Notes: generated by a model from the letters alone, not told the origin. A stretch of DNA of 64,000 bases from Candidatus Latescibacterota bacterium (GCA_965221775.1 CBDCSU010000006.1:96001-160000), one strand, 5' to 3'. Counted from the stretch's first letter, positions 1-9,444 are shown. Numbers and translations are program-made.

Positions 1-254
1 ACCGATTCCCAGTCCTTGAAGAGCATCTTCTCGGCCTCGGCGTCGAAGGCGGTCTTGGCGTCGTCGAAGGCCTTCTGAGCCGCGGAGAGATCGCTGCCGG
101 CGTACTTCTCGGCCTCGGCCGCTTCGGCCGCGGCGAGGGCCGCCTGGGCGGCGTCGAGATCGGCCTGGGGGGGCTCACCTCCGCAGCCGACGAGAGCGGC
201 GATGGCGAACAGGCCTGCAACCCGCAGGGTGAGGTATCTTGCTGCCCGCATCAT
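1..254 (-). CDS. Lipoprotein, DUF4398-like helical protein (3' end runs off window)
   Basis: Manual translation MMRAARYLTLRVAGLFAIAALVGCGGEPPQADLDAAQAALAAAEAAEAEKYA; lipobox LVGC; GGAGG RBS upstream. Confidence 0.7.
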   Translation of the reverse strand, partial: MMRAARYLTLRVAGLFAIAALVGCGGEPPQADLDAAQAALAAAEAAEAEKYAGSDLSAAQKAFDDAKTAFDAEAEKMLFKDWES

Positions 255-309
255 GACATCCTCCAGACCATTTTCGTTGATGGCGTGATGGCCGTAACTG
301 ACGGCGGGG

Positions 310-339
310 AAGCTACATATCGGTTCTCGGGATTGTCAA
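310..339 (-). promoter_or_regulatory. Sigma70-type promoter for the lipoprotein gene
   Basis: TTGACA-18 nt-TAGCTT on minus strand. Confidence 0.5.
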
Positions 340-361
340 GCGAAAAGCCCGGAGGCGCGCC

Positions 362-649
362 CTAGCCGTCGGCCCGCGCCGGCGCCATCCGTTCCGGGGC
401 TACCCGCACCTCCCCCCGGGGTGGACCGCCGGGACCGTCCCCCGGCTCCAGACGGACCGAATCCCCCTCCTTCCGCCTCTCCGCCAGCTCCCTGCGGGCG
501 GCTTCCATGCGGTGTCGAAGCTGCTCGCCAGCGCTGCGGGCGGTCTCCAGCCGCGGCTCCAGGGCCCTGCGGTAGCGCAGGTAGTCGACCACGACCTGGG
601 CGGCGATGAACAGACATCCCACGGCGAGCAGGGCCGTTACCCATTCCAT
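362..649 (-). CDS. Small membrane-anchored coiled-coil hypothetical protein
   Basis: N-terminal TM (WVTALLAVGCLFIAAQVVV) followed by an E/R-rich helix; 4 nt from upstream ORF. Confidence 0.6.
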   Translation of the reverse strand: MEWVTALLAVGCLFIAAQVVVDYLRYRRALEPRLETARSAGEQLRHRMEAARRELAERRKEGDSVRLEPGDGPGGPPRGEVRVAPERMAPARADG

Positions 650-653
650 CGGC

Positions 654-863
654 TTACCGATCCTCCCACGCGTCGATCACCTCCGGCTCGCCGCCGTCCT
701 CGTCGTCGTCCTCGTCGTCGTCGAAGATCCAGCCGCAGGAGGGGCACAGAGGGCCCTCCTCCCTGGGTGAGCCGCACTCCGGGCAGCGCGCCTTCCGTGG
801 AACCAGGTAGTAGGCGATGACCACCAGGATGAGAAGCGCGGCGAAAGCGGCGGAGACCAGCAA
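654..863 (-). CDS. Small membrane protein with zinc ribbon
   Basis: TM helix, CPECG...CPSCG, acidic tail; TTG start. Confidence 0.6.
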   Translation of the reverse strand: MLVSAAFAALLILVVIAYYLVPRKARCPECGSPREEGPLCPSCGWIFDDDEDDDEDGGEPEVIDAWEDR

Positions 864-1077
864 GGGCTCGGAATCAACGGCGCGAGATCGGCCGTCCGCG
901 GGGCAGCGGTGACGGCGGCGTCACAGGCCGGCCGGACGGAGGATCCATGGCTCGGTGTTGGGCGGCCCCCCGCACCCCCCGGTCGGAGGGGAACAGGGTA
1001 CGGCCACACCTCGTCTTGGCTCACGGTGGGACGCGTATGCTGGAAACGGACGGGAAGAACAGGGCGGGGACGGGCCA

Positions 1078-1107
1078 ATTATACCCCCGCCCCCGCGGAA
1101 GCGTCAA
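1078..1107 (-). promoter_or_regulatory. Near-consensus sigma70 promoter
   Basis: TTGACG-18 nt-TATAAT on minus strand. Confidence 0.65.
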
Positions 1108-1135
1108 GCGCGAAAAACCGCCGCCCCGGGGAGGC

Positions 1136-1987
1136 TCAGGAGTCCCGGCGCCGGCTGGCCCTGCGGATCTCGCGGCGCCGGCGCCAGCGGCCGGGCTTGA
1201 GCCGCTGGCGCCGGCCCAGGGGGACCAGGATCGCTCCCTCCCGCGCCAGCTCCTCGAGGACGCCGTTGAGGCGGTCGGGATGGTTCGTGGCGATCCCCTG
1301 CACCCCCATCTGGACCACGTCCCGCAGGACGACGTCCTCGTCCACGGTCCAGGTCCAGACCGTCAGTCCGCGCTTGCGCACCTCTTCGTAGAAGGCCGGC
1401 GTCAGGGTCGCGTGCCAGATGTTGAGGATGTTGGCGCCCAGTGACAGTACCTCGCGGACCATGCGCCGGGCCCGCATCCGTGAAGGGGAGGTGGGCAGTT
1501 TCCCCACCAGCAGGGCCGTCGGTGCGGCCGGGTCGATCGCCTTCACCCGCCGCAGGGTCTCGGAGGAGAAGGACTGAATGACGACCTGGTCGGCCACGAC
1601 GAGGTCGTCCACGACGCGCAGGACCGCCTCGGCCAGGTGGTCGGCCTTGATCTCGATCACCGCCAGGGCCCGGCGCCGCAGCAGGTCGAGGGACTCGGCC
1701 AGGGTGGGCACCTTCTCGCCGGCGAAGGGGCGGCCGAACCAGCCGCCGGCATCGGCTTGGCGGACCTGCTCCAGCGTCAGCTCGTGCACCGGCCCCTCGC
1801 GGTCGGTGGTGCGGTCCAGCAGCGGATCGTGGAGGACGACGAGGGCGCCGTCGCGAGTGGAGCGCACGTCGAGCTCCACCGCGTCGACGCCGATCTCGAT
1901 GGCGCGCTCGAAGGCGGTCAGGGTGTTCTCCGGCGCCAGACCGGCTCCGGAGGCCCCGCGGTGGGCGATGCGCACCGGGTGGATCAC
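1136..1987 (-). CDS. Glycerophosphodiester phosphodiesterase (GDPD family)
   Basis: IAHRGAS...APENTL, VELDV, HD..LDRTT, IEIK, GIATNHP motifs. Confidence 0.92.
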   Translation of the reverse strand: MIHPVRIAHRGASGAGLAPENTLTAFERAIEIGVDAVELDVRSTRDGALVVLHDPLLDRTTDREGPVHELTLEQVRQADAGGWFGRPFAGEKVPTLAESLDLLRRRALAVIEIKADHLAEAVLRVVDDLVVADQVVIQSFSSETLRRVKAIDPAAPTALLVGKLPTSPSRMRARRMVREVLSLGANILNIWHATLTPAFYEEVRKRGLTVWTWTVDEDVVLRDVVQMGVQGIATNHPDRLNGVLEELAREGAILVPLGRRQRLKPGRWRRRREIRRASRRRDS

Positions 1988-2009
1988 CCGACCTCGATGG
2001 CGGCGGCGC

Positions 2010-3224
2010 TCAGGCGCCGAACTTGGCCAGGCGCCCGGCGTGGGCCAGGGCGAGGGCCATCAGCTCCGTGGTGGCGATGCGGCCGAGGCTGCCGCCGGCG
2101 CAGCCGCGCTCGGTCATGCTCGTCCCGGCGACGGGGAAGCCGGCCTCGCCGAGGATCAGCACCGGCACGGGGTGCCAACTGTGGCCGCCCATCCGCGACG
2201 GCGTCGAGTGGTCGCCGGTGACCACGAGGACCTCGGGCTTCAGGTCGAGGAGGCGGGGCAGGTGTCCGTCGATCTCCTCCAGGAGGGACACCTTGCGCTC
2301 GAAGTCGCCGTCCTCCCCGGCACTGTCCGTCGGCTTGAAGTGGACGTACCAGAAGTCCTCGGGGCCCGCCTGCCAGCGCGCCGCCAGCAGGTCGAGCTGG
2401 GCGTCGATGCGGGCGTCGCAGGCGGGGGTGTCCATGCCGACGGCGCGGGCGATGCCCCGGTACATGGGATACCCTGCGATGCCCACCGGATCGAGGCCGT
2501 AGACCTCCTGCATGGAGGGCAGCTCGGGGTAGCGGCCGAAGCCGCGGATGAGCACCATGTTGGCCGGGCTCTCACCGGCCAGGAGCTCCCCGGCCCGGGC
2601 GACGAAGGACTCCGCCACCGCCGCCATGCGCCGGCCATCGGCGGATTCCGCCCGCAGCGGCAGCGGGGGTTTGCCGGTCACCTGGGGGTCCGAGTCGCCG
2701 ACCCCGTCCGACAGCCCCTCGCCGCGAAAGCGGACCGCGGCCCGATACTCCATCTCCGGAGCCACGGTCACCTCGACGCCGGGGATGTCGACATCGGCGA
2801 GCAGACCGCACAGCCGCCGGCAGGTCTCGGTCGGGATCCGCCCCGCCCGCCGGTCGCTGACCCGGCCGTCGCCGTCGACGGTGCAGAAGTTCAGCCGCGC
2901 CGCCACGTCTCCCGGCCTGAAGTCCAGACCGAGGCCGAGGCAGGAGAGGGCCCCGCGTCCGATCCTCCGAAGCCACGGGTCGTAGCCGAAGAGGGCCAGG
3001 TGCGCCGGGCCGCTGCCCGGGGTGAACCCGGGCCCGAGGGGGGAGTGGAGGCCGCAACTGGAGCGGCCGCACAGGCCGTCGAGGTTGGGCAGCGAGGCGG
3101 CCTCCAGCTCGCTGATTCCCGTCTCGGAGTGGGGCAGTCCTCCGAGACCGTCGATGACGAGGAGGAGGATGCGCGCCCCGGAACCGGTGACGAAGAGTTC
3201 CCGGGTGAGATCGGAGCTGATCAC
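2010..3224 (-). CDS. apgM: 2,3-bisphosphoglycerate-independent phosphoglycerate mutase, ApgM type
   Basis: LLVIDGLGG, PGSGPAHLALFGYDP, HFKPTDSAGEDG, TGDHSTP, HSWHPVP; GTG start overlaps recJ stop (GTGA). Confidence 0.9.
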   Translation of the reverse strand: MISSDLTRELFVTGSGARILLLVIDGLGGLPHSETGISELEAASLPNLDGLCGRSSCGLHSPLGPGFTPGSGPAHLALFGYDPWLRRIGRGALSCLGLGLDFRPGDVAARLNFCTVDGDGRVSDRRAGRIPTETCRRLCGLLADVDIPGVEVTVAPEMEYRAAVRFRGEGLSDGVGDSDPQVTGKPPLPLRAESADGRRMAAVAESFVARAGELLAGESPANMVLIRGFGRYPELPSMQEVYGLDPVGIAGYPMYRGIARAVGMDTPACDARIDAQLDLLAARWQAGPEDFWYVHFKPTDSAGEDGDFERKVSLLEEIDGHLPRLLDLKPEVLVVTGDHSTPSRMGGHSWHPVPVLILGEAGFPVAGTSMTERGCAGGSLGRIATTELMALALAHAGRLAKFGA

Positions 3225-4957
3225 GGGATCCCGGCATCGAGCATGGCAGAGGGAACGCTCTCTCCCGGCGCCGGGGCAGGCTCGCATCCGGGTGAGAAGT
3301 CCATGTCGCGGATCACCATCTGCACCGTGCCCATGCCGTTGAAGGTGTCCTCCGACAGCTCGTAGGCCACGTCCAGGCGCTGGCCGGGTTCCAGGTCGCG
3401 GGCCAGGCTCCCCTGGTGCCACCACACCCCCGGACGCACACCTCCGGCCTGGAAGGCCACCTTGAGGTGTTCTCCCTCCTTGCCGACCCGGGTCCGGCTG
3501 GCCAGCTCGAGACCGCGGGTCAGGAACAGGGGCATGCGGTTCTCCTGGCCGAAGGGCTCGAGCCGGCGCTGCACCTCGACCGTGCGCATGTCGATGTCCC
3601 CCGGCTGCAGCTCCAGATCGATGTCGAGGTGGGCCTCGAGGTGTTCCGGCGTCAGCTCGGTGCCGGCGTGGTCGATGAGGCTCGCCCGGAACTCCTCGAA
3701 GGCCTCGGCGGGCAGGGAGAACCCGGCGGCGCCGGCGTGGCCGCCGTACCTGGTGAGGAACCGGGAGCAGTGGCGGAGGCCGTCGTTCATGTCGTACCCC
3801 GGTATGCTGCGCGCCGATCCGACGTAGGTCCCGTCGCGCTGCACGTCGGTGAGGACCACGGCGGGCCTCCAGAAGGTCTCCGACAGGTCGCTGGCGATCA
3901 GCCCGATGACGCCCAGGTCCCATTCCTCGCCGAGGACGCACAACAGGCGCTCGCGCTCCAGCTGGTCCTCCGAGACCAGCGACCGGGCCTCGCGGACGCC
4001 CTCCCGCTGCAGCCGCTGGCGCCGGAGGTTCAGCTCGTTGAGCCGGCCGGCCAGGAGGCGGCCCTTCTCGTGGTCCCGCGTGCGCAGCAGATCGAGGGCC
4101 AGGTCGGGCTTCTCCAGGCGGCCGGCGACGTTCAGGCGGGGTCCCAGGTAGAAGGCCACGGCCGTGCTGTCGACCCGCCCCCGGGGGCAGCGGGCGGCGA
4201 TGCGCAGCTCCTGCAGGCCGGGCCGGGCGCTGCGCTCGACGGCCTTGAGTCCGTGGCGCACGAGGACCCGGTTCTCGTCGAGGAGGGGAACCATGTCGGC
4301 CACCGTGCCGAGGGCGACGAGGTCGAGCAGGTCGTTCAGGTAACGGCGGCGCTCCCCGGACTCGAGGAGGGACTCGCTCAATCGCTGCACGACCTTGAAG
4401 GTCACGCCCACCCCGGCCAGTCCCTTGAAGGGGTAGTCGCAGTCCAGCCGGTTGGGATTGATGATGCTGTGCGCCGGCGGCAGCTCCTCGTTCTGCCGGT
4501 GGTGGTCGATGACGACCACGTCGAGACCTTCGTCGCGGGCCAGTTCGAGGGCCTCGCCGGCGGAGATGCCGTTGTCCACCGTCACCACGAGGTCGGCGCC
4601 GAGATCGAGGGCCTTGCGTACGCCCGGCGGTCTGAGGCCGTAGCCGTCGGTGCGGCGGTCGGGGAGCAGGGCGTGGCCCCGCGCCTTCACGTGCTCGAGG
4701 AAGTCGAGGAGCAGGGCGGTGCTGCTGACCCCGTCGACGTCGTAGTCGCCGTAGACGACGATGGTCTCGTCCTGGCGCACGGCGCGCTCGATGCGTTGGG
4801 CGCCACGGTCGAGGTCGGTGAGCAGCTCGGGCCGGTGCAGACCTTCGGGGCCCGGGTCGAGCTCGTCGAGGCCCAGTCGGCGGCCCGAGAGGAGGGCGTC
4901 GAGCAGATCGCCGTATTCCCCCTCGTGGGCCAGGTGCCACACCGGGTAGGTACGCAA
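3221..4957 (-). CDS. recJ: Single-stranded-DNA-specific exonuclease RecJ
   Basis: YGDYDVDG, TVDNG, IDHH, GTVADMVPL, GSARS, GGHAGAAG, LEPFGQEN. Confidence 0.96.
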   Translation of the reverse strand: MRTYPVWHLAHEGEYGDLLDALLSGRRLGLDELDPGPEGLHRPELLTDLDRGAQRIERAVRQDETIVVYGDYDVDGVSSTALLLDFLEHVKARGHALLPDRRTDGYGLRPPGVRKALDLGADLVVTVDNGISAGEALELARDEGLDVVVIDHHRQNEELPPAHSIINPNRLDCDYPFKGLAGVGVTFKVVQRLSESLLESGERRRYLNDLLDLVALGTVADMVPLLDENRVLVRHGLKAVERSARPGLQELRIAARCPRGRVDSTAVAFYLGPRLNVAGRLEKPDLALDLLRTRDHEKGRLLAGRLNELNLRRQRLQREGVREARSLVSEDQLERERLLCVLGEEWDLGVIGLIASDLSETFWRPAVVLTDVQRDGTYVGSARSIPGYDMNDGLRHCSRFLTRYGGHAGAAGFSLPAEAFEEFRASLIDHAGTELTPEHLEAHLDIDLELQPGDIDMRTVEVQRRLEPFGQENRMPLFLTRGLELASRTRVGKEGEHLKVAFQAGGVRPGVWWHQGSLARDLEPGQRLDVAYELSEDTFNGMGTVQMVIRDMDFSPGCEPAPAPGESVPSAMLDAGIP

Positions 4958-5035
4958 GATGGGTTCTGACGCAGGCGGTGGAGGAGGGGCCCCGACCGTG
5001 CCGGCACGAGACCCTTCTGGGGGGGAGAGTCGCCG

Positions 5036-5063
5036 AATATAGCCGTGGACCCCGCAGGGTCAA
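5036..5063 (-). promoter_or_regulatory. Promoter of recJ operon
   Basis: TTGACC-16 nt-TATATT on minus strand. Confidence 0.55.
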
Positions 5064-5140
5064 GGTGTCCCCTGCGGCCCTGGGCCTTTGCCCCGATCGC
5101 ACCGGGATCTACCTTTGGCCGGGGTGACGGCCCTGTGGAG

Positions 5141-6487
5141 ATGACGAGGACGGACCCGGTCCGCACCGAGGCGGTGCGCCTGCTGGAGGAGGTCGAGTCG
5201 GGCGCCCGGCTCGCACCTCTCCTCGAGGGCCTGGAGAGCCGCTTCGACGGGCGCGACCGGCGCTTCGTCCGCCAGTTGACCTCCGGGGTCCTCCAGTGGC
5301 GAGGCCGCCTCGACTGGATCCTGGCGTCGTTCTCCAGCCGTCCCCTCGACTCCCTGACGCCCCGCGTCCTCCACATCCTGCGCCTTGGCGCCTATCAGTT
5401 GCTCTGGCTCGATCGCGTGCCTCCGAGCGCCGCCGTCCATACCGCCGTCGATCTGGCCCGGCGCCGCGGCCACTCCGGGGCCGCCGGCTTCGTGAACGCC
5501 GTCCTCCGGCGCGTCTCGGCGGAGGGCGCCCGCGTGGCCTACCCGGACCGCGGCGGGGATCCGGAGGGCTACCTGTCCGTCTACCACTCGCACCCGCAGT
5601 GGCTCGTGAGCCGCTGGCTCCACCGCTGGGGGCCGGCCCGCACCGAGGCCTTGCTGCGGGCCAACAACGAGCCGCCGACGCTCTTCGTGCGCCCCGACCC
5701 GCGGTTCGGGAACGCGGAGCGGCTCGTCGAGTCCCTCCCGGAGAGCCTCGGCGCCGTGCTCGTGGACGCCCGACCGGAGGCCTGCCGGCTCGAACGGCCC
5801 GGAGGTTTCTTCGACTCCCATGCCTTTCGTCAGGGACGGTGCTTCGTGCAGGACCTCAACGCCGGACTCGCCGTCGAGCTGCTGGCCCCGAGACCGGGGG
5901 ACCGAGTCCTCGACGCCTGCGCCGCCCCGGGCGGCAAGTCGGTGCAGCTCGCCCTCGCCGCGGGGCCGGTGCGGGTGGCGGCGGGAGACCTGTCCCGGGC
6001 CCGTCTGCGGCGTCTGCGGGAGAACAGGGACCGCATGCGTCTGAAGGGGATCCATCTCTTTGCGGGGGACGCCGCCGCGGGACCCCACCCCCCGGGCGCC
6101 TTCGACCGCGTCCTGGTGGACGCGCCCTGCAGCGGCACGGGCGTCCTGGGGCGGCGGCCCGAGGCGCGCTGGCGCAAGTCGGAGTCCGACCTGGCGCGGC
6201 AGTCGCAGCGGCAGTCGGCCATCCTCGGGGCCGCCTTCGAGGCCCTGAGGCCCGGGGGCCGGCTCGTCTACAGCACCTGCTCCCTCGAGGAAGAGGAGAA
6301 CGACACCGTCGTCGACGGCCTGCTGGCCCGGAGGTCCGACGCCCGCCTGGAGCCGGCCTCGCGGCGGTTCCCCGGCGTCGCCTGGGCGGCGCGCACGATC
6401 CAGACGCTTCCCGGCCGGGAAGCCGGGGACGGCGCCTACGCCGCCCTGATCCACAAGCTCCCCCCCTCCCGCGGAAGGACTCCGTGA
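5141..6487 (+). CDS. rsmB: 16S rRNA m5C967 methyltransferase RsmB/Sun
   Basis: NusB-like N-domain (GFVNAVLR), DACAAPGGKS, LVDAPCSGTG, YSTCSL; ATG start chosen after GGAG. Confidence 0.93.
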   Translation: MTRTDPVRTEAVRLLEEVESGARLAPLLEGLESRFDGRDRRFVRQLTSGVLQWRGRLDWILASFSSRPLDSLTPRVLHILRLGAYQLLWLDRVPPSAAVHTAVDLARRRGHSGAAGFVNAVLRRVSAEGARVAYPDRGGDPEGYLSVYHSHPQWLVSRWLHRWGPARTEALLRANNEPPTLFVRPDPRFGNAERLVESLPESLGAVLVDARPEACRLERPGGFFDSHAFRQGRCFVQDLNAGLAVELLAPRPGDRVLDACAAPGGKSVQLALAAGPVRVAAGDLSRARLRRLRENRDRMRLKGIHLFAGDAAAGPHPPGAFDRVLVDAPCSGTGVLGRRPEARWRKSESDLARQSQRQSAILGAAFEALRPGGRLVYSTCSLEEEENDTVVDGLLARRSDARLEPASRRFPGVAWAARTIQTLPGREAGDGAYAALIHKLPPSRGRTP

Positions 6488-7239
6488 ATCGGCTCCTGCG
6501 CACCCTGTTGACGGTCGCGGCGGCGGCCGGCGGCACCGGCCTTCTGTTCCTGGCGGCCCTCGACAAGCTGATCATGCCCGCCATCGTCCAGGTGCCGATG
6601 GTCACGGTGCCCGACCTGCGCGGCGGCACGGCGGAGGCGGCCCGGGAGCGGGTGGCCGGCGAGGGCCTGCGCCTGGCCCTGCGCGACAGCGTGTTCTCGG
6701 AATCGGCGCCCATGGGCCACATCGTCGACCAGGCGCCGCGGACCGGAGAGGAGATCAAGCGCGCGCGGCGGGTCTTCGTCGACGTCAGCCGGGGTCCGCG
6801 GCTCTACCCGGTGCCGGAGGTCACGGGCGGCAGCGAGCGCGAGGCGGGCCTCAAGATCCAGGGAGGCCAGCTCCGGCGGGGCACCGTCGAGTACGCCTCC
6901 TCCACCACCGTTCCCTCGGGCGTGGTCGTTCGGCAGCGCCCCGCCGCCGGCGAGCGGGTCGAACGCGGGTCCACGGTGCATCTCGTGGTGAGCAGCGGCT
7001 CTCCTTCCGCCCCGAAGCGGGTCCCCGACGTCGTCGGCCTGCCGATCGGCGTCGTGGCCGACAGCCTTCGCAAGTACGAGATGACCCTCGGCACCGTCCG
7101 CCGGCGGACGGTGGACGGGCCGGGCGGAAGGGTGCTGTCCCAGACCCCCGAGGCCGGCGCCCGCGCCACCCGCCACACGGCCGTCGAAGTGGTCGTCAGT
7201 GCGCCGCCCGCCGCCAACGCCGGAGAGGATACCCGATGA
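6484..7239 (+). CDS. PASTA-domain membrane protein (three PASTA repeats)
   Basis: N-terminal TM, then VPDLRG, VPEVTG and VPDVVG repeats with Q.P.AG..V motifs; GTG overlaps rsmB stop. Confidence 0.88.
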   Translation: MNRLLRTLLTVAAAAGGTGLLFLAALDKLIMPAIVQVPMVTVPDLRGGTAEAARERVAGEGLRLALRDSVFSESAPMGHIVDQAPRTGEEIKRARRVFVDVSRGPRLYPVPEVTGGSEREAGLKIQGGQLRRGTVEYASSTTVPSGVVVRQRPAAGERVERGSTVHLVVSSGSPSAPKRVPDVVGLPIGVVADSLRKYEMTLGTVRRRTVDGPGGRVLSQTPEAGARATRHTAVEVVVSAPPAANAGEDTR

Positions 7240-7895
7240 GCGCCGTCTCCGTCGCCCCCTCCCTCCTGGCCGCCGACTTCGCCCGCCTCGAGAGCGAGAT
7301 CGAGCGCGTGGAGGCGGCGGGCGCCGACTTCCTCCACCTGGACATCATGGACGGCCGCTTCGTCCCCAACCTCAGCTACGGGATCCCCGTGGTCGAGGCC
7401 GTGCGCCGGTGCACGCGCCTGCGGCTCGACACCCACCTGATGCTCGCCGACCCCGGGGCCTACCTCGAGGCCTTCGCCCGGGCCGGGGCCGACTCCCTCA
7501 CGGTCCACGTGGAGATCGACGCCGACCCGGCCCCGCTGCTGGCCGAGATCGGGCGCCTCGGCCTCGGCCGCGGCCTGGCCGTCAACCCCGGCACGCCCGT
7601 GGACCCCCTGCTGCCTCATCTGGAGAGTCTGGACCTGCTGCTGGTGATGTCCGTGGAGCCCGGCTTCGGCGGCCAGTCCTTCATGCCCGAGGTGCTCGAC
7701 AAGGTCCGCGCCCTGTGCGCCGCCCTGGCCGAACGCGGCCTCGATGTCCCCATCGAGATCGACGGCGGCATCGGCCCCGACAACGCCGCCGACTGCCGCG
7801 CCGCGGGGGCCTCCTGGCTGGTGGCCGGGTCGTCCGTCTTCGGCGCCGGGGATGCAGCCGAGGCGATCCGCCGGATCCGCGGGGCGGAGCGCTAG
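7236..7895 (+). CDS. rpe: Ribulose-phosphate 3-epimerase
   Basis: APSLLAADF, HLDIMDG.FVPN, DTHLM, MSVEPGFGGQ, IDGG. Confidence 0.97.
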   Translation: MSAVSVAPSLLAADFARLESEIERVEAAGADFLHLDIMDGRFVPNLSYGIPVVEAVRRCTRLRLDTHLMLADPGAYLEAFARAGADSLTVHVEIDADPAPLLAEIGRLGLGRGLAVNPGTPVDPLLPHLESLDLLLVMSVEPGFGGQSFMPEVLDKVRALCAALAERGLDVPIEIDGGIGPDNAADCRAAGASWLVAGSSVFGAGDAAEAIRRIRGAER

Positions 7896-7934
7896 GGGCG
7901 CCTCGGGCGACTGCCGCCGGCCGGAGCCGGGTCC

Positions 7935-9347
7935 TCAGGCCGGGGAAACCCGTGCGGCCGGCTCTTCCGCGGCAGCCTCGCGCGGCTCCCGCGGCTCCAT
8001 GCGCATGGGCATGAGCAGGGCGCCGGGACCGCCATCGCCCACGTCGAAGTGGATGGCCGGCAGGCGGCCCTTCCCGTAGCGGACCCGGATCTCCTCGCCC
8101 GCCTCCCCCAGGGCCGCCACGATCGCCTTCAGGAAGTCGTGGTTGACTCCCACCCGGAGGGATTCTTCCTCCAGACCCGTCACCCGCACCGGGCAGGAGA
8201 CCGAGTGGGTCCATTCAGGCCCCTCGCGATCCAGGTCCGGCGCGGCCTCCTCGACGCGGGCGAATCCCTGGTCCCGGCTCGTCCGCAGCGTCAGCCGGCT
8301 CTCCAGCCCCGACAGGTGGATCTCCACGAGAGGGTTGTAGGCCCATCCCCGGCTGGCCCGGTGCCGGGGCCCCAGGTACGGCTCGATCTCCTCCACGCAG
8401 GCCCTCAGCTCCGCGGTGCCGGCGGCAACGGAGACCGATCCGGGCGGGTGGAGGCCGACAGCCTCCTCGTAGCGCACGTAAGGTCCGGGATGGAGGGGGA
8501 AGGTCACGCCGGCGCCGTCCCCCGTGTTGAGGGCGGCCTCGTCCTCGTCGATCACCAGGGTGCCCCCATCGCCCTCGGGGACCGACTCCGCCGTCACCGA
8601 CTCCAGGATCACGGGGGCCGCCAGCGAGACGAGGCCGCGGCTCGGCCAGATGAGCATTCGGGCGCCGTCGCAGGCCACCATGCGGCCCCCCGCCTCCAGG
8701 CAGATGCACCGCAGGATCCGCCGGTGGTCCCGGCCCTGGAAGCGGGCCAGGTGACGCAGCCCGGTCAGGTCGGAGGCGGTCAGCTCGTAGCTCTGGGAGA
8801 AGCTGGAGTCGGGCATGGCGGTGATCTCCTTGTGAAGTCGTGATCGGGCTTTCTGCAGGCGGCTGCGGACGGTGCCGGTCTCGAGGTCCAGGAGGAGGGC
8901 CGTCTGCCGGTACGAGTAACCCTTCAGGTAGTGGTGGACGATCACCTCCCGGTGGGCGTCGCCGAGCCTCCCCAGGGCCTCCCGCAGAAGGCCGCGGATG
9001 CGCTCCTCCCGGGGTGCCGGCGCCGGCGCCGGGAGCGTCTCGTTCCCGAACCGCGCCAGCAGGTCGAGCTGGGTGAGCCGGCGGCGCTGCCACAGGCGCA
9101 CCTGGTTGTCGGCGATCGAGCGCAGCCAGGCGGGAAAACGGCCGGGGTCGCGCAGCGTCGCCAGCCGCTCCCAGGCGGCCAGGAAGACCTCCTGGAGGAG
9201 GTCCTCCGCCGTCTCCGGCGAACCGAGCCTGGAGGTGATCCGGGCCCGCAGCCAGCCCGCGTGATCTTCCACCAGGCGGCCGAAGGCCTCGGCATCACCC
9301 GCGGCCGCGGCCCGCACCTGCTCTCTCCCGTCCCCGTCCATGGTCAC
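7935..9347 (-). CDS. ECF sigma-70 factor fused to a C-terminal DNA polymerase III beta-clamp-like region (domains II-III)
   Basis: Sigma2 AEDLLQEVFLAAW...FPAWLRSIADN; sigma4 REVIVHHYLKGYSY...GTVRSRLQKARSRL; C-region VACDGARM, GPYVRYEEAV, VGVNHDFLKAIVAAL, ALLMPMRM resembles DnaN. Confidence 0.8.
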   Translation of the reverse strand: MTMDGDGREQVRAAAAGDAEAFGRLVEDHAGWLRARITSRLGSPETAEDLLQEVFLAAWERLATLRDPGRFPAWLRSIADNQVRLWQRRRLTQLDLLARFGNETLPAPAPAPREERIRGLLREALGRLGDAHREVIVHHYLKGYSYRQTALLLDLETGTVRSRLQKARSRLHKEITAMPDSSFSQSYELTASDLTGLRHLARFQGRDHRRILRCICLEAGGRMVACDGARMLIWPSRGLVSLAAPVILESVTAESVPEGDGGTLVIDEDEAALNTGDGAGVTFPLHPGPYVRYEEAVGLHPPGSVSVAAGTAELRACVEEIEPYLGPRHRASRGWAYNPLVEIHLSGLESRLTLRTSRDQGFARVEEAAPDLDREGPEWTHSVSCPVRVTGLEEESLRVGVNHDFLKAIVAALGEAGEEIRVRYGKGRLPAIHFDVGDGGPGALLMPMRMEPREPREAAAEEPAARVSPA

Positions 9348-9444
9348 CCTGATAGTTGCGCCACCGGACCGGAAGTATCCGGACCCCTTCCGGGATACCC
9401 CTGCCTCCGCTCGGCCCGCCGTGGCGGATCCGCCCCCCTCCGTC

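Noticed and set aside
1136-1215. Arg-rich GDPD C-terminal tail
   Set aside because: Compatible with GC-biased low-complexity sequence; no further support
2010-5102. 1030-aa ORF suggesting a large apgM fusion
   Set aside because: The N-terminal part is an off-frame shadow of recJ; apgM starts at GTG 3224
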